Assembly: GCF_011386835.1 (NCBI RefSeq)
Contig: NC_088791.1
Location: 90,954,001 to 91,018,000, forward strand
DNA length: 64,000 nt
Direction: 5' to 3'
Source: Chrysemys picta bellii
Lineage: Eukaryota
In this document: positions 13,640 through 25,473 of the stretch, piece after piece
How positions within the stretch are numbered: the first letter of the stretch is position 1
Layout: every line of letters begins with the position of its first letter
Position numbers and translations under genes: made by a program
Notes under the pieces: model-generated
What the model saw: only the letters and a program-made list of their open reading frames with translations
Databases searched by the model: none
Told to the model about the DNA's origin: nothing

Positions 13640-13920
13640 CTGGGAGAGAGGCATTTCTCATGGCATTTTTTCCCAAACCATTCAGGGGTTTATAGGTGAA
13701 GTCATTAAACTTTACCTAGAAACCAATGCAGATCAGAGCACTGGTGTAATGTGCTTCTGGAGAGATCCTGCTTCGTAAAATGGCTCCTGCCTTCTGAACA
13801 AACTGCAGTTTCCAGGTAGTTCATGTAGAGAGCATTGCAGTAATTTAATCTGAGGGAGATAAGGCATATATCTCAGTAGAAGGTTTGCATCAGAAAGAAA
13901 CAGTTGCATGCTCCTGGCAA
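13640..13920 (-). mobile_element. Ancient L2-type LINE RT C-terminal fragment
   Basis: The reverse complement of 13825-13851 translates to a decayed RLDYCNALY-like motif, followed by a KLQFVQ-like motif typical of the L2 RT end. Confidence 0.45.
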
Positions 13921-16539
13921 GTCAAAGATTGTGGGGAGAGACACTTTACCAAAAACTTTTGCTATATGATTAGGCATGGGAGAATTAGATTTTTATTTTG
14001 TATATAATTTTGATGGATAATATCAGTATTTGTTTTTAAGCATTTCTTATTATTTCACCCCCTATTTAAATTTTCACTGTTGGAAGAAATTTTGGGGGGA
14101 GGGAGGCAGACAATAATTATTTAATGACAGTACATGTTGAGTTTCAAAAAGTTAGATTTATAACTGTTAAATCACAAACTGTCAACATCATATGTCAAAA
14201 CATACAAAGTAAATATCCTTAAATCCCACTCCAATAAGTTCTCAAGCCGCATTTCTTACTTTGCCTACCTGTAAATTTTTATTATTAATGGAAATACTTT
14301 CCATCAGTTTGTGTATGTGTACAGTTAAATTTACTTTGCTGACTTTTACCAATAAAAAGCTAATTCTTCCAACCCTATACATGGTAGTCTAACAGCAGCT
14401 GTGGATTCAGTAATACCCCCCAAATTGCTAACTCGAGTGACAAATGGTAGGCACTTATAATCAATAAAGTGGAGTAGATATTATATTGTCTGGTTGCCTC
14501 CCCCAATCTATTGCCACGACCTCAGTCTTACTTAGACTGCACTTCTGCCAGTTCCACCTATGCCCCAGTCTCACCCATAATCACTTGACAAGAGAATGCA
14601 TTGTACAGTGTAATTTTGAAATTTGTACTGGCTGAGCTATAAGCAAGGGCCTACTTCCAGAGTAAGGCCTACAACAAGGGATGAAGACGGGCTAAGGTTC
14701 TTGGGAGCAGAGATTGGGGAAACTTAACTGAAACCATCATATCTGCTCTGTTAAACTCCTTCTAGAGAGATTAAATGATTGTATTTTCTTTGCTTAGCAC
14801 TTAAAGATTTTCAGCCTGCCACTATCCTGCATTTTCACATGAAAAGCTATGAGTGGCAGATGGAGGAAGCTAGAGTGTCTCATAAAGCTTCCTTCACTGA
14901 CATGCAAATTCTAAATGGAGAAGATGATTATCTGACAGGCTTTGCATCCCCGCTTCCCAGCTGGCCCCTCCAAGCTCCATGTTTCAGTCCCCTATACTAG
15001 CATGCTAATTTTTTGTAAACTAGGAAATACCCGCACAAAACCTTCAACTTACTGCTCAAGGGGGGAAGTGCACTTAAGGACCCTTAAATTAAAGATTTGT
15101 GTAGGATATTACAAGAGCATTTAAAAACTGTTTATTTCAAATTGGTTCTGAAAATAGTATAGCACTTCTGAAAGGGAAGAGCTGATACTACAGACTGAAG
15201 TCATGTATAAAGCAGATAGGCTTTATGTACATTTTCCTCCTCCTCCCCTTTCAGGTCTGGTGGTGTACCTTAAATCTGAATTACACCCTCCTTAGTGCTT
15301 CCTGGGCTCTCTACAGCTCTACCACTGTACCCGCAATGTAGCTCTGCAGTACCTTGCTCATTAAAAAAGCACTGTACTTTAGGCCAAAATTTAGGGGTTA
15401 ATGTATAATGCCTTAACTAGAAAATGTTATTGACCACTTTTGATTCCAATGAAAATGCACAGAAGTGAGCAATGTAGCTTTCATGTTACAGCTGAGTGAG
15501 GTACAAAAAGTGATCAAACAGCATCAGTCAGATTCTAAAGTAACTCAGAAAAATCAGAGCTTTAAAAATTCCATAGTAATGTCACCTTAGCACAACTTAC
15601 AAATGGAAACTTAGTTTTTTTTGTCAGGTAAAGGGGCAGCAGGAGCATGGCTGAAGGGCCTAGACCAGGCCCAGCCCGCATCCTCTTTTCATTTGGGGTT
15701 AGCGCTGGGAGCTCAGGAGGAATTTGCAGCAGCCTCCAGTCCCGAGTTTTACTGCGGACCTGTAAGGTAGGCCAGAACCACTGCTCCTACGAGTAAAGGC
15801 GGCTTAAAAGATCATTCTCACATGGTTCCCCAGCCTGTGCACGGCCTCGGGAACCGAGTGTTAGCAAAGGGGCAGAGCCTTGGGAATACAGGGACGTGGG
15901 AACTGCTTGAAGAGCGCTGAAATGTGAGGGCCCGGGCTTCCTCCTAGCCCTGATTTCCTCTGCTAGGGCCCTGCACTAGTAATATTATGCGGCCCTGCCC
16001 GGCCACAACACACCCCCTTTCCCCCAGGAGCTCCCAGCGATTAGCGCCCCTGCTGCCGCCGGGCCACGTGGGTCTCGTTTTCCACCGAGCCACCTGCCTC
16101 GCCCAGGGCAGAGCTAGAGTCCAGGATCCCAGACTGGGCTGCGACTCCACTTGGGGCCGCTGCACCTAGCGTGAAAAGCACCAGCCGCCTCTGCCCCGGG
16201 GCTACCTAGGCACAGCGGTGGGGGCAAGGGGGTAGAGAGAGGAATCTGGCGCCGAGCTGCGCTACAGCCGCCGTCTGCTGGAGTCCCTCACCCACGGGGA
16301 AGTGGCACTAGCTGCCCCGAGCCAGTGGTGCGCCCGCCGGGTACTGGGTGGCGCGGCCCCTTTAAACGAGCGCGTGGTGGGGAAGGAGGTGTCTGCAGCC
16401 CCTACGCCCAGCACACACCTCGAGAGCGCGCGCGCACGCGCCGTCCTCCTCCTTGCCTCCCTGCCCGGGACCTGCCGCCGCCGCCTCGCGCTGCTCCCGC
16501 TGGCGCGCGCTGTTCCATCACCTCCCCATTGGCTGGGCG

Positions 16540-16712
16540 GGGTCAGCTGATCCTGTGTTATTTCCTGTGTGTGAGGGGAGAATGGAGCGAGAAACCCCCG
16601 AACCGCCGCCGCCGCGGAGCCCCCCCCGGCCTGGAGCGGGGCCCCGCCGCCTGCGCCACTGAGAGACCCCGCCCCGCGCTCCCCCCTCCGCGCGGGAGAG
16701 GGAGGGTCGCAG
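16540..16712 (+). other. TCF20: Putative 5'-UTR first exon of TCF20 (start approximate)
   Basis: Canonical donor CAG|GTAACG at 16712/16713 just downstream of the promoter motifs. The coding exon has an acceptor only 36 nt before its ATG, so an upstream non-coding exon is required. Confidence 0.55.
16582..16662 (+). other. Upstream ORF (26 aa, MERETPEPPPPRSPPRPGAGPRRLRH) in the putative exon 1
   Basis: ATG at 16582 has A at -3 and G at +4. TGA at 16660-16662 lies before the donor at 16713. Confidence 0.4.
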
Positions 16713-17475
16713 GTAACGGATCCCTTAGTTGCTCTGAGGGGACCCTGCCCCGGAGGTGGGGGAGGGGGCGTGTGCGCGCGGGGGAGGGCGGTGGCGGGGC
16801 CCGGGGGGGATGATTCACAGCGTGCGGCCCAGTGGCTGTTAGCAGGGCCCGCCCCGCCCCCAGCGCCCCTTGACTGACGATAAAACCCCTGTTATACATA
16901 GTGGTGCCCAGGGACTCGGATGCGGGGGGGGGGGTAGGTTGAGGGGAAGGGGGGATGAGATGGGGCGTTGAGGGGGGATGGGAGGGGATAGGAAGGTTCT
17001 TCTGGTCTCACGCTCTTCAATTTTCTTTTTGAACGAAGAAGCCATTCTACTAAATCTGAAGTGCCCCGCACCTCTTTGCCTTCCGACCCCACAATAATGT
17101 TTTCTTTTAAGGCCAGTGAAGTTTGACGTGGGGGTGAATGTGGTGGGGTGGGGTGTTAATGATAAAAAAGAAGAGAGAGATGCACACTATATGCAAAGTG
17201 GAGGAGATGGGCTGTATTATGAATACATGAAGCATGTAGTTAGCAGCACCTTGTTGTTTTCTGGATGGGCAATCTAGAACCGATCACTCTCACAAGGTCT
17301 CATCAAAACAATGGGAAGGGGCTTTTATGAGGAATGGAGAGCATACTTCCTGAGTGTGTTGTGTTGATGCCCCTCCTTTTAGCTAGAAGTTGTATTTATG
17401 ATCTTTTTTTCACAGAAAGTGCCTTATTCTATACCCACCATGGGAAAGAGAAAGTTATAATGTATTAAATATGCA

Positions 17476-17725
17476 AGAGAGAAGGTAGGGGAAGATATAT
17501 CTTTTATTGGACCAACTTTGTTACTGAAAGTTACAAGGATTTGAGCTACACCAAGCTCTTTCTCAAGTTTGGAGAAGATCTGCTTCATTTCCCAGACCTT
17601 AAGAAGAACTTGGTGTAGCTCAAAACCATGTAGCTTCCATCAACAAAGTTGGTCCAATAAAAGAGATTTCATCACCAACCAACATTGTATTTTTCATATC
17701 CTGGGATCATCGTGGCTACCACACT
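17476..17725. mobile_element. Old fold-back Penelope-like element remnant
   Basis: Inverted arms ATCTTTTATTGGACCAACTTTGTT (17499) / AACAAAGTTGGTCCAATAAAAGAGAT (17642) and TTTGAGCTACACCAAG (17540) / CTTGGTGTAGCTCAAA (17609). It ends ATCCTGGGATCATCGTGGCTAC. Confidence 0.65.
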
Positions 17726-20362
17726 GCAAACATTAACTATGCAAGTTAAGTAGGTAGGTTGTACTGGGATTCTGTTATTAAAAGGGTGGGGTGTGAATCA
17801 ACAAGTGATCCATTGTGACAGAGTCAGGGGAAACTTTTCATCCAGGCAGCTTTCCCCAATGCCATCCTGATTGTTCTCCATCCTTTTCCATACTCAGCAC
17901 AACACTGGTGTCATGCCATGTTTAAGTGTAAATTGGAAGTGGCTTCTTATAGGCCCTGGGGGGTGCTCAACCCTCTGCTTTGCCCTGCCCCCTTCCCTCA
18001 AGCCCCTGCCCTGCCTCTTCCCAGCCCTGCTGTGCCCCAGGCCCTGCCCCACCCTGCCTCTTCCCACCCAGTCCCTCCCCCAAGCGCATCCTGTCCCCGC
18101 TCCTCCCCTTCCCTTCCAGCACCTCCACAGCATACAGAAGGCGCTGGAAGGGAGGAGGAGGAGTTGATCAGTGGGGCTGGCAGGAGGTGCTGGAGGGGAG
18201 CTTCGCTACCTGTGATTGCTAAGCAGCCTCTAATGTTTTATGAACTGGCCTCATCTTTAGCCCTTGACATGACATCCCTTCCAGTAGGGGTGCTGGGGGG
18301 GTGCAGTTTGACTAGGCCACACCTTTGCTCTTTTTCTGATGTATCCTTACTTGCTCTTTTATTTAAAAAGAGTTTGGGGGGGCTTAGAGATTTGGGAGTG
18401 GTATGCTCATATCCTTAGCAATTGAAACATGTTACAATCTGCTGACTCATCAGTGGATAACTGTAATGAGTTGTTGGTTCTTAGTACGTTTCCTAGTGGG
18501 CAGGTGCCCACACCACAGTCAGCTCTTTTGGCCAGTCTCAGTCAAGACTGAGTGGGCTAATGGAGGCTGAACTCCTTTCAAGTTAGGGTTCTGATGCATT
18601 AGCTGGGCCTTGTGTGAGAGAAGTTGTCTTCTTTTGGGGACTTTCAATATGGCACCTTTCACCATCACTGTGTTTTGGTTTTTTTTTTGTTTAAAGGGTG
18701 GTTTTGAATTTTTCCTATTATTAAAGAGCTTATTGTACCTACCTTCTTTTTGGTTGAAGAGTTCTCTGAACCCAGCACCTTAAATGGGATTTCATATTTT
18801 TCTAACACAACTTGGATTATATGTATCTGTATTTTTGTTTACTGTATCTCCTCAGTGAGGTCACTTGGCATGACAAAAGAGGAGCAGTGACAGCCCTGTT
18901 GCTCTGTAGAGGGACTGTGATGAGAAGAGGGTGTTTGGCTGGCAGGCTAGTCATGTATTCCTTGATTGATAAACTTTTGTAAAAGGTCTGAGGAAAGCAG
19001 AACAGCATTCAGCCATTTCAGTAAACTCCAGGCCTTCAGAAAATGGATCACTTGTTTACCCATGACAGTGATTTGCAAATCTGATGTTACTTCTGAATAG
19101 TATTTTGACACCACCACTTAGATCAGAGTGCGTGACTCACAGCTATATAATCCCAGTAGGTGAGGACCACATTTACGTGTCAGCCCTCTTCCACATGATC
19201 TTGGAGAATCTGGTAGCCTTGTGTACCTGCTGTACTCTCAAACTCAGGTATCTGTGAGAAACCTTTGGATATTCTGACAAATTAGGTTCTCCCCAAACTG
19301 CCTGCTTATACATCCTGATGGTGCCCCATTGCATTTATTTATCTGGTAGAAAGAGTTAAGTCTCTCTTTAACAAAATGTAAATTTGGACTTTGATCTTTA
19401 AATCAGGTTCCAGGGGCTTTAGGAATGATGGAACCTTTGTTTGTGCTAAAACCTGCACTTAAATGAACCTTTATGGTCCCTGGGCAGATCATAAAGGAAA
19501 GTCCCCAATGTGAAGAGACCAATCCCCTGCACTGGAGCACCTGAAGAGAGATTCTTTTTAAGGCGACCTAAAAAACAGAAAAATAATTAGGTTTGTGCTT
19601 TTCTTGGTGCTTTGATACATAAGGAGAGCCTGCGGGGTGTTTGTAAGCAGGGTTTAAAATAAATTTTAGCTAAGGATTATTAGTAATGTCAAGTCTTACC
19701 TCCAATGGCATACTCATTGGAGGTCTTATGTGTGTGGGGAGCTTTCTCAGCCCTTCATTGGCTAGGTGAAGTTACCCAACTTTTCTTCCAGCTCTTTGAA
19801 AAGATGTTCATGTTTGTTTAATCTATTTAAAAGTAACTTTATCAGTTAATTCAATTTCACCCATGATGTCTTGGTTCTGTTAGTTCTCCAGATATCTAGT
19901 CTTCAAGAAAAACAGATGGATAAGACCTGTTTTTTTCCTAAAGCAGAAACAAATCCTTTCATGCCTTTATACATTATTAAAAAGAAAAGCCGTGCATGGT
20001 CCTATTGTTTTTTTTTTTTTTCCCTTTGTAGGTCATCTTTAACTAAAGCCCTTGCAGAACTAAACGACAATGGGTGCTCTTCCTGGAAGGCCCATACGTA
20101 GAATTTGTACTACACAATTCCTATTGCTACTATTGCAGCTTGAAAGGTTACTATTTGAAATGAGGGTATAATATGTAATCACCTCAAACAGTTTTGCTTG
20201 ACTTCCCTATAATGTGAGACACTTGGCTGGGGTATATCTAGGCAGTGATAGCTGGCTCATGCATATCTCTAGGGTGGCTATTTAATTAGAATGTATATTT
20301 TAGAAGAAAAAATCTAAAACTAGTTCAAGTAAACTTGATGTTTATGAAAAGCACTGGACTAA

Positions 20363-20576
20363 GGCCTTGGCTACAGTCGCCGATTCACAGCGCTGCAAGT
20401 ACTCCACCTCTCCGAGGGGAATAGCTTGCAGTGCTGTGAGCGAGCGTGCAGCGCTGCAGGCGCTGATTACACTGGCACTTTACAGCGCTGCACTCGCGCT
20501 CGGGGGGGGGTTGTGTTTTTTCACACCCCTGAGCGCAGCAAGTGCAGCGCTGTGAATTGCCAGTGTAGCCAAGGCC
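20363..20576. mobile_element. PIF/Harbinger-type MITE
   Basis: Perfect 13-bp TIR GGCCTTGGCTACA/TGTAGCCAAGGCC, TAA on both sides (20360-62, 20577-79), and multiple internal CAGCGCTG palindromes. Confidence 0.85.
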
Positions 20577-21217
20577 TAAGTTTTAGAGCCTGAAGGTTTT
20601 TAGATAAACACAGCAACCCTCCCTTTCCACCACCACCATCACAGAACAGAGTCAGCAGTGCTAGTTGTGCTTCTGACCTGGTAATGAGAGGATTTATTTT
20701 TATGCTGTTTAGTCCTATGTTTGGCCTTTCCAAACGCTGAAATGTTAGATAGGGGCCATGCAAGGATCTAAATAGACTGTTGACTACTGCCAGTTGCAGT
20801 AGTGGCTTTTGAGATTTAGACTTTATCCACAAGTAGTTACTGAATTGAGATCAACCAGCTCTTCTTGTTCAAGTCAATTCATCAGTGGCAGTATTTTAAT
20901 CACAATTATTCCATGTTGGATTTAACAGTCTCTTTGAAAATTTTACTGTTTTAGATGTGGACTTTTTTGTAATACTTTGGTAAATATGGCTTAAAACAAT
21001 CTAAAATATTTTAGAACAGTTTTGTTTTGGTATCCCTTTTCAAGAGAACTTTTATATAATGGTCTTATGAAGTAAAGAGTTAATATGGGGAGCTAAGCAG
21101 AATCTAAACAGTGGGCTGTGCACGTATCCCTCTTAAACAGTGTTGCTACTGTGAAGAATAAGCACAACGTTCCCTACTTTTGACATCTTGAATGGCTGTG
21201 TACAACTTAGCTAACTT

Positions 21218-21330
21218 TTCTCAACCCTAAACTGCAGTACCCCTTACTCTCCTAGACCTGGGTTCCCTTGCAGCCCTCCTGTTGGACCACAGTCTTGACC
21301 TATAGCATCCTGTGCTGTTCTGACCCTAAA
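21218..21330 (+). repeat. Third cluster of the degenerate CTCAGTCCTGACC-GCAGCACCCC motif
   Basis: TCTCAACCCTAAACTGCAGTACCCC and CACAGTCTTGACCTATAGCATCCTGTGCTGTTC. Confidence 0.35.
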
Positions 21331-22480
21331 CTTCCATGGACAATTTGCCAGTACATCTCCATGCTAGTTTGCAGAGCCTGGCTGTTCCACTCCTTGCTCT
21401 CTTGAGCTGATCTTGTTAATTATATTAATTTGCTGTAGTTTTGTAACATCCAGGGTTGGGTACTAAGTTGAAACTTGCCAAGTTGCCATGAGTGATCTAA
21501 ACACAAACCCAATGTGTACTTGAGCCTCATCCTCAACTCCCTTCACTCCTATCACCAACTCCCTTTGCAAACCAAAAGGCCATTACCTTTTAAAATCACA
21601 ATGTGAAACATCAGGTACGCAAGGGTAAAGCAAGATATTCAGAACAACTTATGTTGATATATCAGTGCACTTGTGGAAACTGTCCAATCTTAAGGTGCGT
21701 GAATTAGGTGCCTTGGTTAGGAAATTGGTTACACAGGAGGTCCTGAAGCATTTTTCAGGAGCTATTGCCATCTGTGGTTTCAACCAGATGCTTCTGTGGG
21801 AATGTTTTTCTACACTGAAAACCCTTTATCCCAGCCCTCTCATAGTTTGGAGATCTGCCTGAATAGTTTGGCTTTGAACTAGGAAGGTGGAACATGGACT
21901 CAGTGACTCTTTCAAGAATTTTTCCCCCTGCACTTGAAAAAAATAGAGGAGTGCTGCAGGGACAGTATGCTAAACTCTGAGGATGCAGTGTTCCTTGTGT
22001 CTGCGTGGTGAGTGTTGGTATAGAAAGTAGAAAAGCTTGTGGTCTCAGAGGACCTTTTCCAGGGAGAATAGTGTCTGCAATTCAGACTTTAGAGTTGGGT
22101 GGTGCTCATTGGGGATGTGTGGGAGAGTTTATGGAATGTGAACAATTTATTATTAATCTAAATCAAGAAATACTTTAGCATGAGAGCATTACATTACCAC
22201 ATTATTTTATGTAGTCTTGTCTTGGTATAGTTGCAAATGCATTGTTTCCTATGTAAGTTGATTTTCTTCTTGTTTTCCTCTTTCTGTGTAGTGTGTTTTT
22301 ACAGTTACCAAAATAATTTTAAAAATCTGTGTAAATAAAGCCATGAAGACTAGGCTAAGGCTGACCTCTCATCCTAAATTCATTCTGTTTTTCTTGATTC
22401 TATGGGGCAAAAATTCTGTGATTCTGTGGGGGAAAAATACCACTGCTCATCTTAACTTGCTCTCCCTCAAACCGGAGTTA

Positions 22481-22771
22481 GGCTAGGTCTACACTACCCG
22501 CCTGAATCGGCGGGTAGAAATCGATCTCTCAGGGATCGAATTATAGCGTCTCGTCGGGACACGACAATCAATCCCCGAATCGACGCTCTTACTCCACCAG
22601 CGGAGGTGGGAGTAAGCGCCGTCGACGGGGAGCTGCGGAGGTAGATTTTTGCCGCCGTCCTCACAGCGGGGTAAGTCGGCTCCGATACGCAAATTCAGCT
22701 ACGCGAATAGCGTAGCTGAATTCGACCTATCTTAAATCGACCCCCCCCGCCCCCGTAGTGAAGACCTGCCC
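22481..22771. mobile_element. PIF/Harbinger-type MITE, CpG-rich (young)
   Basis: TIR GGCTAGGTCTACACT / AGTGAAGACCTGCCC with TTA/TAA flanks. Internal 13-bp stem AATTCAGCTACGC-GAATA-GCGTAGCTGAATT (22692-22722). Confidence 0.8.
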
Positions 22772-23070
22772 TAAGAAATGCTAGAGGGACTGGCAAGCAC
22801 CTGCTTATGAGATCGTTTAATGGCAGTAAATATGGGACACTTTCCCTTCACTTTTGTTCCACTAGGTTAGTGGGGAGGTGAGGAAAGAGTTGCAAGGTTC
22901 TTCTTCTCCGTAAGGGCTTGGTTTGAAATCTTTGAAGACTCACTCTGTCCTAGAATAGTTGTTCCATTTGAAAAACAGTGCTTTTTACTTGGCTGTGTTT
23001 CGAATACAGCAAGTGGAAAGAAAGAAGTAAGATGACTCTTTTCTTCTCTCCATTCTGTCCACATGGGGTT

Positions 23071-23082
23071 TGTGTGTGTGTA

Positions 23083-23132
<50 letters not shown>
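23071..23132. repeat. Compound (TG)n(TA)n microsatellite
   Basis: Directly visible. Confidence 0.95.
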
Positions 23133-23137
<5 letters not shown>

Positions 23138-23802
23138 CGTCACGCACAAATGGAATAAATGATTACTTGATATAAGGGTTTTATCTTCATGGATTAAGGT
23201 GTCGAATTACTGCTGTGTGTCAAATCCACTATACAGGCCCTCAAGATGAGTGTCGATAATACCTATGTACGACACCAGAATGTACTCTGTTTTCTGCAAC
23301 TGCTTTCCCTTTCTCTCTCATCCCCTATATTTTTTTTCTTGTCCCACTTCCCCATACAAAATAATTTTCATTACTCTCCAGATTCTCCTCACTGCTTTGA
23401 CTGTGGGTAGGGATTATTTTACCCCTCCTTTTTTAGCATCCTGGCTGCTGCAGTTTTGGAGTAAGCGTGGGAGCTGTGCCCTTCTGCTCCTTCCTCCACC
23501 TCTTTTTTTTTTTTGCGGGGTGGGGGGGGAGAGTTCCCCTAATCTGTAACTCCAGGGCTTCCTCTGCTCACACATTCTAAGCCACAGAGAGAAATTGACA
23601 TGATTCCTGTCAGTTTCATTTAGAAACCTGTGGACAGCTATGAAACTGACCAGAATCTGCTCAGTCTTACTCTGGTGCACTTTGGGCTTACAAACTCCAA
23701 TTTTGTTTTGTTGGCCTTGCTGAGGAAGTAAAACTTCTTTTTTTGATAGGGGAGCGTTTGGTGGAAAAGCAAAGATGTATAACATGAACAGGTGTATGTA
23801 TC

Positions 23803-24941
23803 TGTAGTAGGTCCGGGGTGGGGCTCGTCCCTTCCTGGGGTGCCTGAAAGCCAGGCCGCCCCGCTACAAAGCGAATAACAGTTAGGGCCCCGACCTTTGG
23901 GTAGGGGCTAAGCACCCAATTAGCAGTTCAGGGCTCAGGCCCCTATGCAGGGACTGAGCACCCAATTAGCAGTTCAGGGCTCAGGCCCCTATGCAGGGAC
24001 TGAGCACCCAATTAGCAGTTCAGGGCTCAGGCCCCTATGCAGGGACTGAGCACACAATTAGCAGTTCAGGGCTCAGGCCCCTATGCAGGGACTGAGCACA
24101 CAATTAGCAGTTCAGGGCTCAGGCCCCTATGCGGGGACTGAGCACACAATTAGCAGTTCAGGGCTCAGGCCCTTATGCGGGGACTGAGCACACAATTAAC
24201 AGTTCCGGCCCTGGGTCAGGGCGGGGCAGCACACCAATAGTCAGTCAGTGGCCCAGGCCTTGTAGCAGGGGCTGGGTCAGTTTGGGTTAGCCCAGGCCCT
24301 AGGTCAGGGCAGGGCAGCCAATGGATAGTCTGTCAGGGGCCCAGGCCCCTTGGACAAGGAGGAGGAGAGACTGCCACCCGGCGCGGGGTGGCAGGGGGGG
24401 AACACAGGCCCACCCACTCCACTGTGTTCCAGCCCGGGGCCCTATCCGCAGCAGTCCGCCTGCCGCGCGGTCAGTGGGGATCCTGACCGCAACACACTGA
24501 CATGGGTTCGGGGTCTGCTATCCCCAGGCCACTTCCCATCTCCTCCATGGGTACCTGCTCCTCCTGAGTTCCGTCTGCTGGGTCGCAGATCATGGGCTCC
24601 TCCGGGCCCCGAGCACCAGGTAGGTCTGTCGCTCCCTCTGGGCCCTCGGCGGGGGGAAGCTCAGACCGCTCCTCAGGATACCAGGCTCTCGGCAGGCTCG
24701 GCCAGTCCTCCTCAGGATACCGGGCTCTCGGTAGGCTCAGGTCCGCGGGAGCTCGGGCACCAGCATCTGTCCTCTCCCGCTGCCGGCCAGCTACTGAGCG
24801 CTGGGGCCTGGCCTTTATACTTCCTGTCCCGCCCCTTGACTTCCGGAGGGCGGGGACAGGCCGCGGTGGCTCCGCCCACTCTGGCGGCTTTTCTGGCTCA
24901 TCGCTTCCTGGGGCGCCTGGAAGCCAGGCCGCCCCGCTACA
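23803..24941 (-). mobile_element. Solo-LTR-like element (Gypsy/ERV type) with 5-bp TSD
   Basis: TGTAG...CTACA termini and GTATC duplicated at 23798-23802 and 24942-24946. A TATA-like AGTATAAAG on the minus strand near 24810 suggests the orientation. Confidence 0.85.
23911..24206. repeat. 46-bp minisatellite, 6 full units plus 1 partial, inside the LTR
   Basis: Unit AGCAC(C/A)CAATTAGCAGTTCAGGGCTCAGGCCCCTATGC(A/G)GGGACTG starting at 23911, 23957, 24003, 24049, 24095, 24141 and 24187. Confidence 0.97.
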
Positions 24942-25122
24942 GTATCCAACACTAAAATAGACAGTAAAGAGGTTAACTAGAAGCTCCTCAGAGCAGGAAT
25001 AAGTCAGTGAAAAGATGCCCATTGACTTAAGTGGGCGTTGAATCAGGCTCACAAAGAGAAGGCAGGGGGAAGAAGCTTGCTCTCTCTGCAGCTCAGTGAG
25101 AAAGGAGGATCCGGAAGCTCAT

Positions 25123-25392
25123 AGGCTATGGTTATATTAGTGAGCGTACAGCAGTGCAGCTGCACGGATGCAGCTGTGCCACTGTAAGTTCTCTTGTGTA
25201 GCCGCTCTAAGTTGACTGGAGAGAGATTTCTCCTGTTGACTTAATTAATCTACCCCCAATGAGGGTTCTCCTGACGACATAGCACTGTCCACACCAGCGC
25301 TTAGGTCAGTGCAATTTATGTCACTTGATGGCTTATTCACACCTCTGGGCAACATAAGTTACACCAACATAAGTGGTAGTGTATACATACCC
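25123..25392. mobile_element. Degenerate Harbinger-type MITE
   Basis: Ends GGCTATGGTTATATT / AGTGTATACATACCC resemble the GGGCTNNGTCTACACT TIR family seen elsewhere in the window. Confidence 0.5.
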
Positions 25393-25473
25393 CTAGTCAG
25401 AAAGGAGGAATTGGGAAATTAATTATCTTGCTTACACACAAGGAATATTACTGCTAACCAAGCGACTTTATTA

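Larger units (their letters stand above)
15780..16930. promoter_or_regulatory. CpG island / putative TCF20 promoter
   Basis: This is the only long CpG- and GC-rich tract in the window that is not a transposon. It contains TTTAAA (16361), a (CG)n tract (~16425-16442), inverted CCAAT (16528-16532), a GC box (16535-16542), E-box CAGCTG (16544) and ETS-like TTCCTG (16562). It lies upstream of, and is compatible in orientation with, the TCF20 coding exon. Confidence 0.8.

Noticed and set aside
16302-16899. Several 70-160 aa ORFs over the CpG island
   Set aside because: These are low-complexity Pro/Arg/Gly/Ala translations typical of GC-rich DNA. Only the strong-Kozak uORF was retained as a hypothesis.
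17871-18418. Pro-rich 166-aa ORF near the promoter
   Set aside because: It derives from a C-rich low-complexity tract, probably a MITE interior, with no domain or splice support.
19698-19724. 10-bp perfect hairpin ACCTCCAATG-N7-CATTGGAGGT
   Set aside because: About one hairpin of this size is expected by chance in 64 kb, and there is no other support.
23911-24206. CRISPR-like regular repeats
   Set aside because: The units are contiguous with no unique spacers, sit inside a eukaryotic LTR, and have no cas genes nearby.
24350-25052. Overlapping 120-200 aa ORFs
   Set aside because: GC-rich LTR sequence with no recognisable domain. Such ORFs are expected by chance at this composition.
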